From assembly GCA_963771075.1 (NCBI GenBank), contig CAVYSE010000007.1, positions 230,295 through 294,294 on the forward strand: DNA of 64,000 nucleotides, in the 5' to 3' direction. The position numbers and the translations under genes are program-made. The number at the start of each line of letters is the position of its first letter. Position 1 is the stretch's first letter. This DNA comes from a candidate division FCPU426 bacterium (GTDB taxonomy: Bacteria; Oederibacteriota; Muellerivitia; Muellerivitales; Muellerivitaceae). The notes beneath the pieces are model-generated. The model made no database searches. It had not been told where the DNA came from and was given only the letters and a program-made list of their open reading frames with translations. Positions 10,559 to 20,303 of the stretch are shown piece after piece.

Positions 10559-10628
10559 TCCGAACCTGTTTAGCTCATACCATTTTTGGGGTGGGATGAA
10601 CCCAAAAATAATTTGAAGGAGATTTAGA

Positions 10629-10931
10629 ATGTTCGTTTTGAGAGCTTTTTTGGATACATTGGGAGGGCTAGCTAACACCATTATTGGGTTGTTGGAATTG
10701 ATCATCGTGATCCGGGTTATCCTTTCCTGGGCCAACGCCGATCCCTATAACAGCTTTGTTCGGATCATTTTTAAAATAGCCGATCCTATATTGAAACCAT
10801 TTCAAAGGTTGGTGCCGGCCTGGCGTTTAGGTGGCCTTGACCTTTCCCCCATTTTCGCCTTTTTTTGCCTTGAATTTATCAAGCGCATTATTGATTACGG
10901 ACTTGCCTATCTGAGCTCAATGGCTCAATAA
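10629..10931 (+). CDS. yggT: YggT family membrane protein
   Basis: IRVILSW..ADPYN, DPILKPFQRLVP, GLDLSPI motifs; AAGGAG RBS. Confidence 0.88.
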   Translation: MFVLRAFLDTLGGLANTIIGLLELIIVIRVILSWANADPYNSFVRIIFKIADPILKPFQRLVPAWRLGGLDLSPIFAFFCLEFIKRIIDYGLAYLSSMAQ

Positions 10932-10978
10932 AGGCCTTTAGAAACCGCATTCTTTAGCCTATATTAAATTAGACGTTT

Positions 10979-13438
10979 ATGATTAAAACTTATCCAAAAC
11001 TCCCTTTCGACTCCCTGCCAACCCCTACTCCAAGGGGTATTAAGCTTTTATTTGTCCTAACCTTTACCTTCTATTGGTTCTGTTTGAACCATTCTTCCGC
11101 GGTGGATTTGAACATCGCCCAGGACGCCTACGGTTTGGGCATGGGTGGGGCCGTGGCGGCTATTGCGGCAGGCACCCAGGCGGTCCCTTACAATCCCGCC
11201 GGGATCGCCCGTGCGAACCTTCCCTCGGTGCAGGGGGGAATGGGATTTTGGCCGGGCCCCAGCAATTTCGACCTGTCCCTCGGGGGCCTTTATCCTCTGA
11301 ATGACGGTACGGTCTTTGGTTTTAACCTCTATTCGGATTTTCCACAAGATTCGAGTTCTTGCGCCGCCTATGTCGGGTCCTTCGCCTTTCCGCTCGACGC
11401 GTCCCGGGATTTCCTCTTTGGGATGACACTAAAATATATGGCTCTGGGACAGGATCTTTTTGGGACGCAGATCAATGGAAGGGGTTTGGGGTTCGACATG
11501 GGTTTGAGCTACGACCTGCGCGATCCCAAAGGTACCCGGGCTTCCTTTGCCTTGGTGATCCAAAACGTAGATACCCAACTGCGTTTTGACGACGATTCGG
11601 AAGAAACCATGCCCCGAAGCTTCACCCTTGGCGCCTCCTACCAGGAAATCCAGGATACCCGCCTGGAAATGGACTATCTCTTTTATGATCAGGTTCTGGA
11701 AACCACCGGCCAAGGCGACCGCTTGCGAATCGGGGCGGAACGTTTATTCCAGGATAAAAATATTTCCGTGCGGGCCGGATTCGACGGCCTCATCAACTCG
11801 GATGGGATATTCACCCTGGGGGCGGGTTACCAACCCGTGCCCCATTATGAATTCGATTACGCGCTCCAATTGCCGGTTAACGGCGGTCCGGTGGGGAACT
11901 ACCTGAATTTCATCTACCGGTTCGAGACGGGCGCTCCTGAAAAAAAACTTCCGGTCGCGGCTTCGACTCCCTTCATCCCCACGCCCTCCGGTGCCGCCTC
12001 CGCCGATATCGACTTGAGCCGGAGCGTGGTTCCCATCGAGGGAAACCCAACCGGCAGTCCCGTGGTCGAAATCCCCGTGGTGATTCCCCCCGCCACTGGA
12101 ACGCCCAAGCGTCCATTGACGATCCGGGTGAACCCAGTTGCCTTTTCCCCATCAGCCCGCCCCAAAGCAGTGACGATCACCTTCCCAGGGGATCAATCTC
12201 CCGACATCAGACGGTGGGTTTTATCAGTGGAAACACAGGACAAGAAATCCATTCGCACCTTCAGCGGAACCGGACCGCTGCCCCCCTTCCTGGGCTGGGA
12301 AGGATTGGATGATGAAGCCCATCAAGTTCCCGATGGGCTTTACCAACTCCACCTTCGCACCATCGACCCTAACGGGAGCTTGTTGTCCGACGACCTGCAG
12401 TCGGTTTCCGTTGTTGCGCCCCGTGCCCGTTTCGGGATCCAAACCGATTCCCCCTTTCTTTCCTTCCGCAAGGGCGCACACCGTTCTTCGTTTACGTTCA
12501 AGGTCAACCCGGGTGGACCCCGCCAGGTCGCCCATTGGAATTTCGAGGTCAGCGAGGCATTTACCAATAGGGTTGTTTATCAGGCACAAGGGTTGAATGT
12601 CCTTCCCGAGAGCCTCAAATGGAACGGCAAAAACACCGGAAAGGAACCGGTGCCTGACGGAACTTACGTTTGTTTTTTGAGCGCAGAGGACAAGTCTGGA
12701 ACCCCTTTGAAATCTGCCGCGCTCCAAGTAATGGTTCAAACCGCCCCGCCTGTCGTTGACCTGAAGGCGCCCGGCCACTTTATCGATCCCACCCAACCCA
12801 TCCATTTGAATCTCGATCTCAACGCGGCAGATCCCGTCGGAATCAAAAGCTGGACATTGCTCCTGGAGGACTCGGACTTGGAACAACCTCTGAAGGTCTT
12901 CAAGGGAGACGGCCCGCCACCGGATTCGGTCGCTTGGGACGGTTTGGACGACTCGGCCCAGCCCATTCCCGCCGGTTCTTTCCTGATCGCCACCCTCCAT
13001 GCGGTGGATAAGGCCGGAAACGACGGCGAATCATTGCCCTTTTCACTGCAGTGGGACGTGAAGGGGGCGGGGGAGGGTGGAAGCCTTTCCCTGAACCTCA
13101 CAACCGTTTATTTCGACCCCCAGGGCGTGGAGCTGAACGAGGCCGGAACAAAAGAGATCGAGACAGCCGCCGCTTCCATCAAGCCCTACCTGAAGAAGAG
13201 CCTGCTGGTGGTTCGGGGCTTTTGCGCGGGAAGCGAGACGGGTGACCTGGTGGAGCTTTCGCATGACCGGGCGCGTAAGGTGGCCGATTGGATGACCCAA
13301 AAACTCCAACTCCCCGAGGGGTCGGTCTATGCGGTAGGGATGGGCGACCAATCGCCTTTGGCAGGGAACAGTTTAACGCCGGTTCCAGACGAGAAAAGGA
13401 GGGAAGCGGTATTGACCGTGATAACCTCATCTCCCTGA
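10979..13438 (+). CDS. Outer-membrane protein: PorV/PorQ-like beta-barrel + Pro-rich linker + three FlgD-Ig-like domains + OmpA-like C-terminal domain
   Basis: AYGLGMGGA..YNPAGIA barrel start and alternating beta-strands ending YRF; WEGLDD..VPDGLY, WNGKN..VPDGTY, WDGLDD repeats; VYFD..VRGF..LSHDRARKV..GMGDQSP..RRE OmpA-like end. Confidence 0.6.
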   Translation: MIKTYPKLPFDSLPTPTPRGIKLLFVLTFTFYWFCLNHSSAVDLNIAQDAYGLGMGGAVAAIAAGTQAVPYNPAGIARANLPSVQGGMGFWPGPSNFDLSLGGLYPLNDGTVFGFNLYSDFPQDSSSCAAYVGSFAFPLDASRDFLFGMTLKYMALGQDLFGTQINGRGLGFDMGLSYDLRDPKGTRASFALVIQNVDTQLRFDDDSEETMPRSFTLGASYQEIQDTRLEMDYLFYDQVLETTGQGDRLRIGAERLFQDKNISVRAGFDGLINSDGIFTLGAGYQPVPHYEFDYALQLPVNGGPVGNYLNFIYRFETGAPEKKLPVAASTPFIPTPSGAASADIDLSRSVVPIEGNPTGSPVVEIPVVIPPATGTPKRPLTIRVNPVAFSPSARPKAVTITFPGDQSPDIRRWVLSVETQDKKSIRTFSGTGPLPPFLGWEGLDDEAHQVPDGLYQLHLRTIDPNGSLLSDDLQSVSVVAPRARFGIQTDSPFLSFRKGAHRSSFTFKVNPGGPRQVAHWNFEVSEAFTNRVVYQAQGLNVLPESLKWNGKNTGKEPVPDGTYVCFLSAEDKSGTPLKSAALQVMVQTAPPVVDLKAPGHFIDPTQPIHLNLDLNAADPVGIKSWTLLLEDSDLEQPLKVFKGDGPPPDSVAWDGLDDSAQPIPAGSFLIATLHAVDKAGNDGESLPFSLQWDVKGAGEGGSLSLNLTTVYFDPQGVELNEAGTKEIETAAASIKPYLKKSLLVVRGFCAGSETGDLVELSHDRARKVADWMTQKLQLPEGSVYAVGMGDQSPLAGNSLTPVPDEKRREAVLTVITSSP

Positions 13439-13502
13439 TTGACCCAATGCCTCGCGGATTTGATAAAATAAAGTGTCTTACATCCCATTCCTAAAAGACC
13501 GC

Positions 13503-14816
13503 ATGAGAAACCTCATCCTCATTTTTATCGTTGCCGGAGTCCTTTTCGGCCTAAGCCAATACGCCTTCCTGGAAAGCCGCCAAAGTGTGGAAGATCGCAC
13601 GACCACCCGTGTGACCCTCTGGAATGTTCCTTCCAAATCACTCCCGATGGACCGTCAGTTGTGGGATGAAGAAGTGGCCAATTTTGAGGCAGAAAATAAA
13701 AATATCCGCATCGAGGGTTTTGAGCGGGAATACCAGCCCGAGGAGTTCATCACCGTCATGTCGGGGGGAAAGGGACCGGACCTGGTAAAAGTTTGGGTGG
13801 GGGCCATCCAGACCCTGGCCACCATGGGTTTTCTCCAGCCGGTGGACGCTTACCTGCAAGGGTGGAACCAGCGGGATTTCATCAAATCGGTCCTTTGGGA
13901 TAGCGTTAGCGTAGGGGGGAAGACCTACGGAATCCCCTGCGACAGCAACTTTTTATTTCTCCTTTACCGGAAAGACCTCTTCAAAACCGCTGGCTTGAAC
14001 CCCGATAACCCGCCCGAGACCTGGGATCAACTCACCGCCGATGCCCGGGCCCTGACCCACCGCCGGGATGGGGTTTACGGCCTGGGGCTAGTTCCCAAAA
14101 CTTGGTATTTCCAGGATTTCGTTTGGCAAGCGGGCGGAGAACTGGTTCGTACTGAAAATGGAAAGAACTTCGCGGCATTTGACGGGCCTGCCGCAGTCAA
14201 GGCGCTCCAATATTGGAAAGACCTGCGTTTTAAGTACAACGTCCTTCAACCCGACATACTCATGGGTGAGGCCGAGCTTCTCCACCTTTTCGCCCTGGGC
14301 AAGGTTGGCATGATGTTCGGCGTCGCTAACGATCTGCCTTCCCTCCTCGCCCGGTACAAAATGGATCCCGACGCGTTCGGCATCGCACCCCTTCCTGCGG
14401 GTCCTTCCGGAAGGGCCGCCCATCTTAGCGGTGAGGTTTTCGTCCTCAATGCCACCGCCAGCGAGGAAAACAAACAGGCGGCCTGGAAGTGGGTGCAGTT
14501 CGACCTTTCTCCTATCACCCAGCTTTGGAAATGGAACCGAATGCATGAGCTGAAAATGCCTATCTTTCCAAGTGCTTTTTCCTCGGCCACGGACGTCATG
14601 AACCTGCCCGATTTCAAGATGGTCAAGGACGCGCTTGATTCGGCAAAGGTGGAACCCCATGTGCCGGGTTGGCCCCAGGTCCGGGACATGCTGGATGATG
14701 ACCCGCTCCAAAGCATATTACTGGACCCGGACGCGGACCCTCAGCTCCTCCTGACTTCTTTTGCGAAAGAAGCCGACCAGCGGTTCCTTTCGGCTTCCCC
14801 GGCGGCGAATAAATGA
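13503..14816 (+). CDS. Carbohydrate ABC transporter substrate-binding protein
   Basis: N-terminal hydrophobic anchor, GGKTYGIP, LLYRKDLF..AGL..PPETWDQL, FALGKVGM motifs; precedes two permeases. Confidence 0.88.
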   Translation: MRNLILIFIVAGVLFGLSQYAFLESRQSVEDRTTTRVTLWNVPSKSLPMDRQLWDEEVANFEAENKNIRIEGFEREYQPEEFITVMSGGKGPDLVKVWVGAIQTLATMGFLQPVDAYLQGWNQRDFIKSVLWDSVSVGGKTYGIPCDSNFLFLLYRKDLFKTAGLNPDNPPETWDQLTADARALTHRRDGVYGLGLVPKTWYFQDFVWQAGGELVRTENGKNFAAFDGPAAVKALQYWKDLRFKYNVLQPDILMGEAELLHLFALGKVGMMFGVANDLPSLLARYKMDPDAFGIAPLPAGPSGRAAHLSGEVFVLNATASEENKQAAWKWVQFDLSPITQLWKWNRMHELKMPIFPSAFSSATDVMNLPDFKMVKDALDSAKVEPHVPGWPQVRDMLDDDPLQSILLDPDADPQLLLTSFAKEADQRFLSASPAANK

Positions 14817-14961
14817 TAATGCAACGCCAATATTCACCAGGGGGGCAAAGGGACAGGGGAAAATTCAGCCATACGGCGGACAGTTCGTTAATTTTAATCT
14901 TCGTCGCCGTGACTTCGAATCACCACAGTGAAACTTCCGCCTGTTTAGAAGGGGGACGGAA

Positions 14962-16230
14962 TTGGTAGAAAAAAATTATAAGCCTTTTTCCATTTACGAC
15001 GACGACAAGGACAAGGAACCCCCTCCCCTTATGCCGCCCGCTCCGCCCGAGGAATCCGGTTTAAACTTGGAAATTGTGGACAACGGAGAGGATGTTTTTA
15101 CCGAGAATATCAACGCTCAATTAGGGAGGGCCCAATCCTCATCCGTTCAACCGGCTGAGACCGGCCCCGCCTCGGCCAATCTGGCGAACGCACCTTTCCT
15201 GCAGGGCGAGCACCGGGAAAGCTTGGAGGACCGTACCAAGGACTTGATTCAGCAAAGGCAAAAGGCGGGGAAGCTCCGCGACCGACGCAAAACCGCCTCC
15301 ATATTCGACAAACCCATCGAGCCCGATAAGGCCATCAAGCCCGGTCATTCGGCTTGGAGCCCCTTCGGCTTCCGGGCCCAGGCCTATTGGTTCTTGCTTC
15401 CCGCGATGGTTTTTTTCGTACTTTTCTACGCCCTCCCCCTCTATCGCGGATTCCAGATCAGCCTGACCCATTTCAGCCCCCTCGGCGCCAGCGTGCCAGT
15501 TGGGTGGGACAACTATACCCGGGCCTTCAATGACCCTCTTTTCGGCCAGACCATGATGAACGCGGCCGCCTTTACCGCCCTGTCCCTCGCCTTCGGTTTC
15601 TGGCCCCCTATTCTCCTTTCGGTCTTCCTGAACGAATTGACTATCGGAAAGAACTTTTTGAAATTCCTCTACCTTCTCCCTTTCATCTTGCCCGCCGTTC
15701 CCGCGGCTAACCTTTGGCGGTGGATCTTTGACGAGGGGTATGGGGTCCTGAACGCGCTCCTCCAAAGGGCTACAGGCCAGCCCGACTTGCAGATTGGGTG
15801 GCTGACCGATCCCCGCTGGGCACTGCTATCGATCGTGCTGATGTTCGTCTGGAAGAATACCGGCTGGTTCATGATGATCTACCTGGCTTCCCTTCAGAAC
15901 ATGCCGGACGAGCTTTACGAGGCGGCGGAAATCGACGGCGCCGGTCCCTGGCACAAGTTCTTCAGTGTCACATTGCCTTATTTAAGGCCCGTGATGGGCA
16001 TCCTGCTTATCATTCAGGTATTGACCACATTTCAGGTTTTCACTGAGGTCTTCGTCATGACACGGGGCGGGCCCATGCATGCTACGGAAGTGATCGGGAC
16101 CTACATTTACAAGACCGCTTTTGGCGCCATGGACTTGGGATACGCTAGCGCCATGGCCATGTTGATGTTCGCCGTGCTGTTCCTTTTCTCGATGGTGCGT
16201 TTACTCCAAGTCCGTTCGACGGTGAGGTAA
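14962..16230 (+). CDS. Carbohydrate ABC transporter permease with long soluble N-terminal extension
   Basis: VGWDNY, ELYEAAEIDGA (EAA loop), MTRGGP, GYASAMA. Confidence 0.9.
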   Translation: MVEKNYKPFSIYDDDKDKEPPPLMPPAPPEESGLNLEIVDNGEDVFTENINAQLGRAQSSSVQPAETGPASANLANAPFLQGEHRESLEDRTKDLIQQRQKAGKLRDRRKTASIFDKPIEPDKAIKPGHSAWSPFGFRAQAYWFLLPAMVFFVLFYALPLYRGFQISLTHFSPLGASVPVGWDNYTRAFNDPLFGQTMMNAAAFTALSLAFGFWPPILLSVFLNELTIGKNFLKFLYLLPFILPAVPAANLWRWIFDEGYGVLNALLQRATGQPDLQIGWLTDPRWALLSIVLMFVWKNTGWFMMIYLASLQNMPDELYEAAEIDGAGPWHKFFSVTLPYLRPVMGILLIIQVLTTFQVFTEVFVMTRGGPMHATEVIGTYIYKTAFGAMDLGYASAMAMLMFAVLFLFSMVRLLQVRSTVR

Positions 16231-16232
16231 CC

Positions 16233-17162
16233 ATGGCCAAGAAAAAAACTGGCAGGACGGCCGATATCCCGACCGGGGCGGGTCGCGGACTTTTTTCACG
16301 CACTGAACGAAAGAGCGTCCAAGCCAAGCTTTTTCTCTTTTTCGCCTTTCTAGCACTGGCGGTGGGTGCCTTAGTGACCATCGCTCCCCTGGCCTGGATG
16401 CTGTTGGGATGTTTTCGAACCCCCAGCGAGCTCTATTCCATTCCCCTTCCCTTAAAAGTGCAGGACATCAGCAACGATAATTTCAACGAGGCGCTTCGCC
16501 TGATCCCCTTCGGCCGCTACCTGGTCAACAGCCTGATCCTTTGCGGAGGAACGGTCGCCGGCCAACTGGTAATCTGTTCCTTGGCGGCCTATTCGCTTTC
16601 CAAGCTCCGGGTTCGGTTTGGAGGCGGCATCCTTCTCCTGTTCCTGACCAGCCTGATGGTGCCTTTCGAGGTCTTGATTATTCCTCTCTACCTGATCATG
16701 AAAAACTTCCCCATGGGCGCGGGTACGGGTGGTTGGAACCTGTTGAACAGCTACTGGGCTTTGATCCTGCCGGGTGTTTTCAGCGCTTTCGCAATCCTTG
16801 TGATGAAGGACTTTTTTGACGGCATTCCCAACGAGATCGTCTACGCCGCTCGTATCGACGGTTGCACTGAAAGCGGAGTATTCTTTAAATTCATCCTACC
16901 CATGAGTTGGCCCATCCTGGCCATCCTGGCGGTCTTCGGATTCGTGACGGCCTGGAACGGTTTCTTCTGGCCCCTGATCGTGCTGAACAACCCCGATTAT
17001 TACCCTCTCATGCTGGGCGTACAAAAACTGGTGGACGCGGGTGAACCTTGGAACGTTGTGGTCGCCTCCCTGACGATGGCCACCGTCCCCTCCATCCTGC
17101 TCCTTGTTTTTTTCCAAAGGGTACTCATCCGGGGCATCGCCTATACTGGTATATACGGGTGA
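16233..17162 (+). CDS. Carbohydrate ABC transporter permease
   Basis: NSLI, AAYSLSK, IPNEIVYAARIDGC, AWNGFFWPLI. Confidence 0.92.
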   Translation: MAKKKTGRTADIPTGAGRGLFSRTERKSVQAKLFLFFAFLALAVGALVTIAPLAWMLLGCFRTPSELYSIPLPLKVQDISNDNFNEALRLIPFGRYLVNSLILCGGTVAGQLVICSLAAYSLSKLRVRFGGGILLLFLTSLMVPFEVLIIPLYLIMKNFPMGAGTGGWNLLNSYWALILPGVFSAFAILVMKDFFDGIPNEIVYAARIDGCTESGVFFKFILPMSWPILAILAVFGFVTAWNGFFWPLIVLNNPDYYPLMLGVQKLVDAGEPWNVVVASLTMATVPSILLLVFFQRVLIRGIAYTGIYG

Positions 17163-17737
17163 GACTCGACGGCAAAAGCCTGGGTCAAATTCGCTCCTGG
17201 GTCCACGCGAGGGTGAGTACTAGGCGTTTTGGCCACATCATGGGCGTGGAAAATACCGCCGTGGCGTTGGGAATGCGATACGACCTTCGGGAAAATGCCA
17301 TAAGGGCCGCCGCGCTTTTCCACGATTGCGCCAAGGAAATGACTCGGCCCCAAATGAGGGCCCTTTTCCGCAAAGGGCCTTTTTCATTGGATAGGGACGA
17401 GAAAAAAATTCCCTCCCTCTGGCATCCGGTCGCAGGCGCAAACCTGGCTTATCATTCTTGGGGTTGCAGGGACAAGGGCATCCTGGACGCGATAAGGTGC
17501 CATACCGTCGGAAGTCCCTCGATGGGACCCTTGGCCCAAGCCCTCTTTATAGCCGATTTCATCGAGCCGGGCCGAAACTTTAAAGGCGTGGATATGGCCC
17601 GCACCGCCGCCCATGCAGGACTTGTGGAAGGTGTAAGGGAAAAAACGATCCAGACCCTGTTCTACTTATTATCTGCAGGGCGAAAGATCCATCCGCGCCT
17701 ACTGGATACGCTAAACGTGTTTATGGATAAGAGATGA
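17159..17737 (+). CDS. yqeK: YqeK-type HD-domain Ap4A hydrolase
   Basis: RRFGHIMGV, ALFHDCAKE, AIRCHTVG, LFIADFIEPGR; GTG start overlaps the upstream stop (GTGA). Confidence 0.85.
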   Translation: MRLDGKSLGQIRSWVHARVSTRRFGHIMGVENTAVALGMRYDLRENAIRAAALFHDCAKEMTRPQMRALFRKGPFSLDRDEKKIPSLWHPVAGANLAYHSWGCRDKGILDAIRCHTVGSPSMGPLAQALFIADFIEPGRNFKGVDMARTAAHAGLVEGVREKTIQTLFYLLSAGRKIHPRLLDTLNVFMDKR

Positions 17738-17875
17738 ATTCTACAACAATACACCGAACGATAGATTTTCATCCTATTGTTTTTTTGATATTTCAGCCCA
17801 ATGGTGCTCTTTGTTTTGCTTTCTTCATGGCCAAGATTTAATTGTTGGTGTGTTAGGAAGTATGGTGTGGACTAG

Positions 17876-17986
17876 GATCTAAAAGATTTCCTCAAATCGA
17901 CCCGAATCATTGATTGGGAAAATCCCAAGGTGAAGGCCAAAGCGGTGGAGCTAGCTAGCGGCTGCGCCGAAGGAGAAGAAAAAGCT
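17876..17986 (+). pseudogene. N-terminal remnant of a transglutaminase-like gene
   Basis: Translates DLKDFLKSTRIIDWENPKVKAKAVELASGCAEGEEKA, preceded by an in-frame TAG; catalytic part absent. Confidence 0.5.
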
Positions 17987-18496
17987 ATGTATCCCAAGTT
18001 ATCGTGGTCACGGATTAAAACCTATGGATTTCCCATCGTCCTGGCAGTCCTGATCGCGGTTATCACCCTTGAGGCAGGTGCCTTCCTAGCTTACCGGTCA
18101 TTCCCGGTCCAAAAGATACAGGATGAATACGATTTGGCACAGGAAGCCTATAATTTTTATCAAATGCACCGCTACGCAGACTCGGTCGATTTCTTCGAAA
18201 GGGCTTCCAAGGAAAAATCTTCCTCGGAGGAAATCTGGTTCGACTTGGGGAATGCCTATTACCAACAAGGGCAGTTTGACCAAGCCTGTGAAGCTTATCG
18301 AAAAGCGCTCGAATTGAAACCTGGAGACGAGGATGCCCTGGTTAATTTTCAACTGGCCACCAAACATGGGATCGAGGTTTTAAAATGGGGCAAAAAAACC
18401 GCATTTAAAGAGGAGGTTCTACCTCCTCCCGGCCAAACCAAGCGGGGCTTTTGGAAGTCGCTGTTTCAAAAAATGAATGATTTCTTGCGCCAGTGA
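17987..18496 (+). CDS. Membrane-anchored TPR protein
   Basis: One TM segment; WFDLGNAYYQQGQFDQACEAYRKALELKP TPR; AAGGAG upstream. Confidence 0.8.
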   Translation: MYPKLSWSRIKTYGFPIVLAVLIAVITLEAGAFLAYRSFPVQKIQDEYDLAQEAYNFYQMHRYADSVDFFERASKEKSSSEEIWFDLGNAYYQQGQFDQACEAYRKALELKPGDEDALVNFQLATKHGIEVLKWGKKTAFKEEVLPPPGQTKRGFWKSLFQKMNDFLRQ

Positions 18497-18514
18497 TCCA
18501 AATCGGAGGACGGG

Positions 18515-19222
18515 TTGACTGACCACGAAGAGTTGAAAATGATGTTATCGGAAAAGCAAGTCTTTATCTTTGACCTGTTCCATACCCTCACCTCCATCGA
18601 GTCCACCCATCCTTTCCCTTTAAGTACCGCGGATGACCTCGGTGTGAGCAGGGAAAAATGGAATGAACAGTTATTGGAAAGATCAAAAGATCGGCTCATG
18701 GGAAAGTTAAAAGACTCATACATATTTATCCGGCAAATGGCGCTTGCCATCGACCCGGCCTTATCCGAAGAAATAATTCGGCAAGCTACGCAAAACCGCG
18801 TTTCTAGGTTTCGATATTCCTTGGTTCATGTTTCCGGCCAAGTTCTTGGAATTCTTAAAAAACTAAGGGCTAGGGGTAAAAAATTAGGCTTATTGAGCAA
18901 CGCTGACTTTTCGGAAATAGCCGGATGGATAGAATCGCCACTCTCAACCTGTTTTGACAGCGTGGTTTTCTCTTGCGAAGTAGGTTGTGTAAAGCCAGAG
19001 AGGGAAATTTACGGAATCAGCCTGGAACAACTTTCCGCCCCGCCCGAAGTAGCGGTTTTTATCGGGGATGGGGGCAACGGGGAACTGGAAGGGGCGAAAG
19101 CAGTGGGCCTTACGACCGTTTTTATGTCAGGCCTTATCCGGCCCTTGTGGCCGGACAGTATTGAGCCAAGGAAGCGCTTGGCAGATTTTTCAATTGAGAG
19201 CTTGGAAGAATTGATGCCTTGA
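18515..19222 (+). CDS. HAD-superfamily hydrolase
   Basis: FIFDLFHTL motif I, LLSNAD, KPEREIY, FIGDGG; GGAGG RBS. Confidence 0.88.
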   Translation: MTDHEELKMMLSEKQVFIFDLFHTLTSIESTHPFPLSTADDLGVSREKWNEQLLERSKDRLMGKLKDSYIFIRQMALAIDPALSEEIIRQATQNRVSRFRYSLVHVSGQVLGILKKLRARGKKLGLLSNADFSEIAGWIESPLSTCFDSVVFSCEVGCVKPEREIYGISLEQLSAPPEVAVFIGDGGNGELEGAKAVGLTTVFMSGLIRPLWPDSIEPRKRLADFSIESLEELMP

Positions 19223-19231
19223 AACGGAAGA

Positions 19232-19402
19232 TCAGGCTTTGAGGTCCAATTTCCGTCCGACCTTCTCCTCAACGGGAGGCGCGGTGGAGGCCAACAATTC
19301 ATCCTGCTGATGGGTGGCGGCATTCATGACCCGCGTTTCGACCGTGGCCTGGGGAGTGGGAAGGGCGGGGGTCAAAGTGGCGGGGGGTATCTTGTATTCC
19401 AT
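19232..19402 (-). CDS. Small 56-aa protein with YjfB/motility-like C-terminus (below ORF-track cutoff)
   Basis: AGGAG RBS upstream of ATG; MEYKIPPATL...EEKVGRKLDLKA*. Confidence 0.55.
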   Translation of the reverse strand: MEYKIPPATLTPALPTPQATVETRVMNAATHQQDELLASTAPPVEEKVGRKLDLKA

Positions 19403-19583
19403 GGGAACTCCTGTTGAACGGGTTTTCCTACGACCAGTTTATTATACCCCTTTTTTAGCCATTATCTTTCACCGGGCCTGCCACGAAGGGAAACAAGCGG
19501 AATTCGGGCCCGCTTATCAAAGGACCGGCCTGCTTGGTATGCTATTCGGGAAGTCGTTTCACAAAAACCTAGAATTTTGAGGT

Positions 19584-20273
19584 TTGAACATGCCATCAAC
19601 AAGGAAAAGCGGCGAACAGGCGGGGAAGAAAAATATTTTTTCCGCGAGACTCATCGTCCTCCTGTTGGTCGTATTCGGGTTCGGTCTGTTCAACGGAGTG
19701 GGGATTGTCTACATGATCAATGAATATGAGAAGGAACCCGCGACGATTGACGCCCAGGTCAAAGAAACGGATATCAAGAAATTGATGGACAACGCCAGCA
19801 ACGCATTTCATTACCAAAGGGATATCCAGAAAACCCTGGACCTTTACCGCCGGGTGCTGCAACTGGACCCGGACAACTATGACGCGAACATGTATATCAG
19901 CACCCTCTATTCGGAAGCTTTGAACCCGCCCGACTATGGTGCGGCGATCTACCATACTAGCCGGGCCCTGAGGATCAAAAAGGATTACATGAGCCTGATG
20001 AGTTACGGGGGTTTGATGTGGAAGAATCTGGATTACGTTGGGGCCGAGCAGGTGTTCCGGGACTGCGTCCAGTTGGAACCCGGCCAGTTCCTCGCCTGGG
20101 GCCAGTTGGCCGTGATGCTGGAAAAACAGGGAAAGACCGTGGAGGCATTGGCCGATTATAAAAAGGCGGATGAGTTATGCCAGGACGCTAAAGTGAAACC
20201 CGAGCTTGAGGTATCGATTAAATCGTTGACGGGGAAAAAGCAGGTCAAACTCTATAAGATCCAGATACATTAG
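19584..20273 (+). CDS. Membrane-anchored TPR protein
   Basis: Single TM then TPR repeats (YRRVLQLDPDN, AWGQLAVMLEKQGK..EALADYKKA). Confidence 0.8.
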   Translation: MNMPSTRKSGEQAGKKNIFSARLIVLLLVVFGFGLFNGVGIVYMINEYEKEPATIDAQVKETDIKKLMDNASNAFHYQRDIQKTLDLYRRVLQLDPDNYDANMYISTLYSEALNPPDYGAAIYHTSRALRIKKDYMSLMSYGGLMWKNLDYVGAEQVFRDCVQLEPGQFLAWGQLAVMLEKQGKTVEALADYKKADELCQDAKVKPELEVSIKSLTGKKQVKLYKIQIH

Positions 20274-20274
20274 T

Positions 20275-20295
20275 CCGCCGGGAAATATCCGGCGG
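20275..20295. terminator. GC-rich hairpin between convergent genes
   Basis: CCGCCGG-GAAATAT-CCGGCGG perfect 7-bp stem; no strong U-tract. Confidence 0.45.
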
Positions 20296-20303
20296 TTCCG
20301 TCC

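Noticed and set aside
10582..10609. ATTTTTGGG...CCCAAAAAT inverted repeat as a terminator
   Set aside because: AT-rich stem, 10-nt loop and no clear U-tract; function unsupported
14817..14961. Possible riboswitch between the binding-protein and permease genes
   Set aside because: GCAAA/GAAA words are present but I could not build a known aptamer fold
17048..17158. Longer start for yqeK
   Set aside because: Overlaps the permease coding region; GTG 17159 gives a typical coupled start
19314..19580. 88-aa plus-strand ORF
   Set aside because: No recognisable features and overlaps a better-supported minus-strand small ORF
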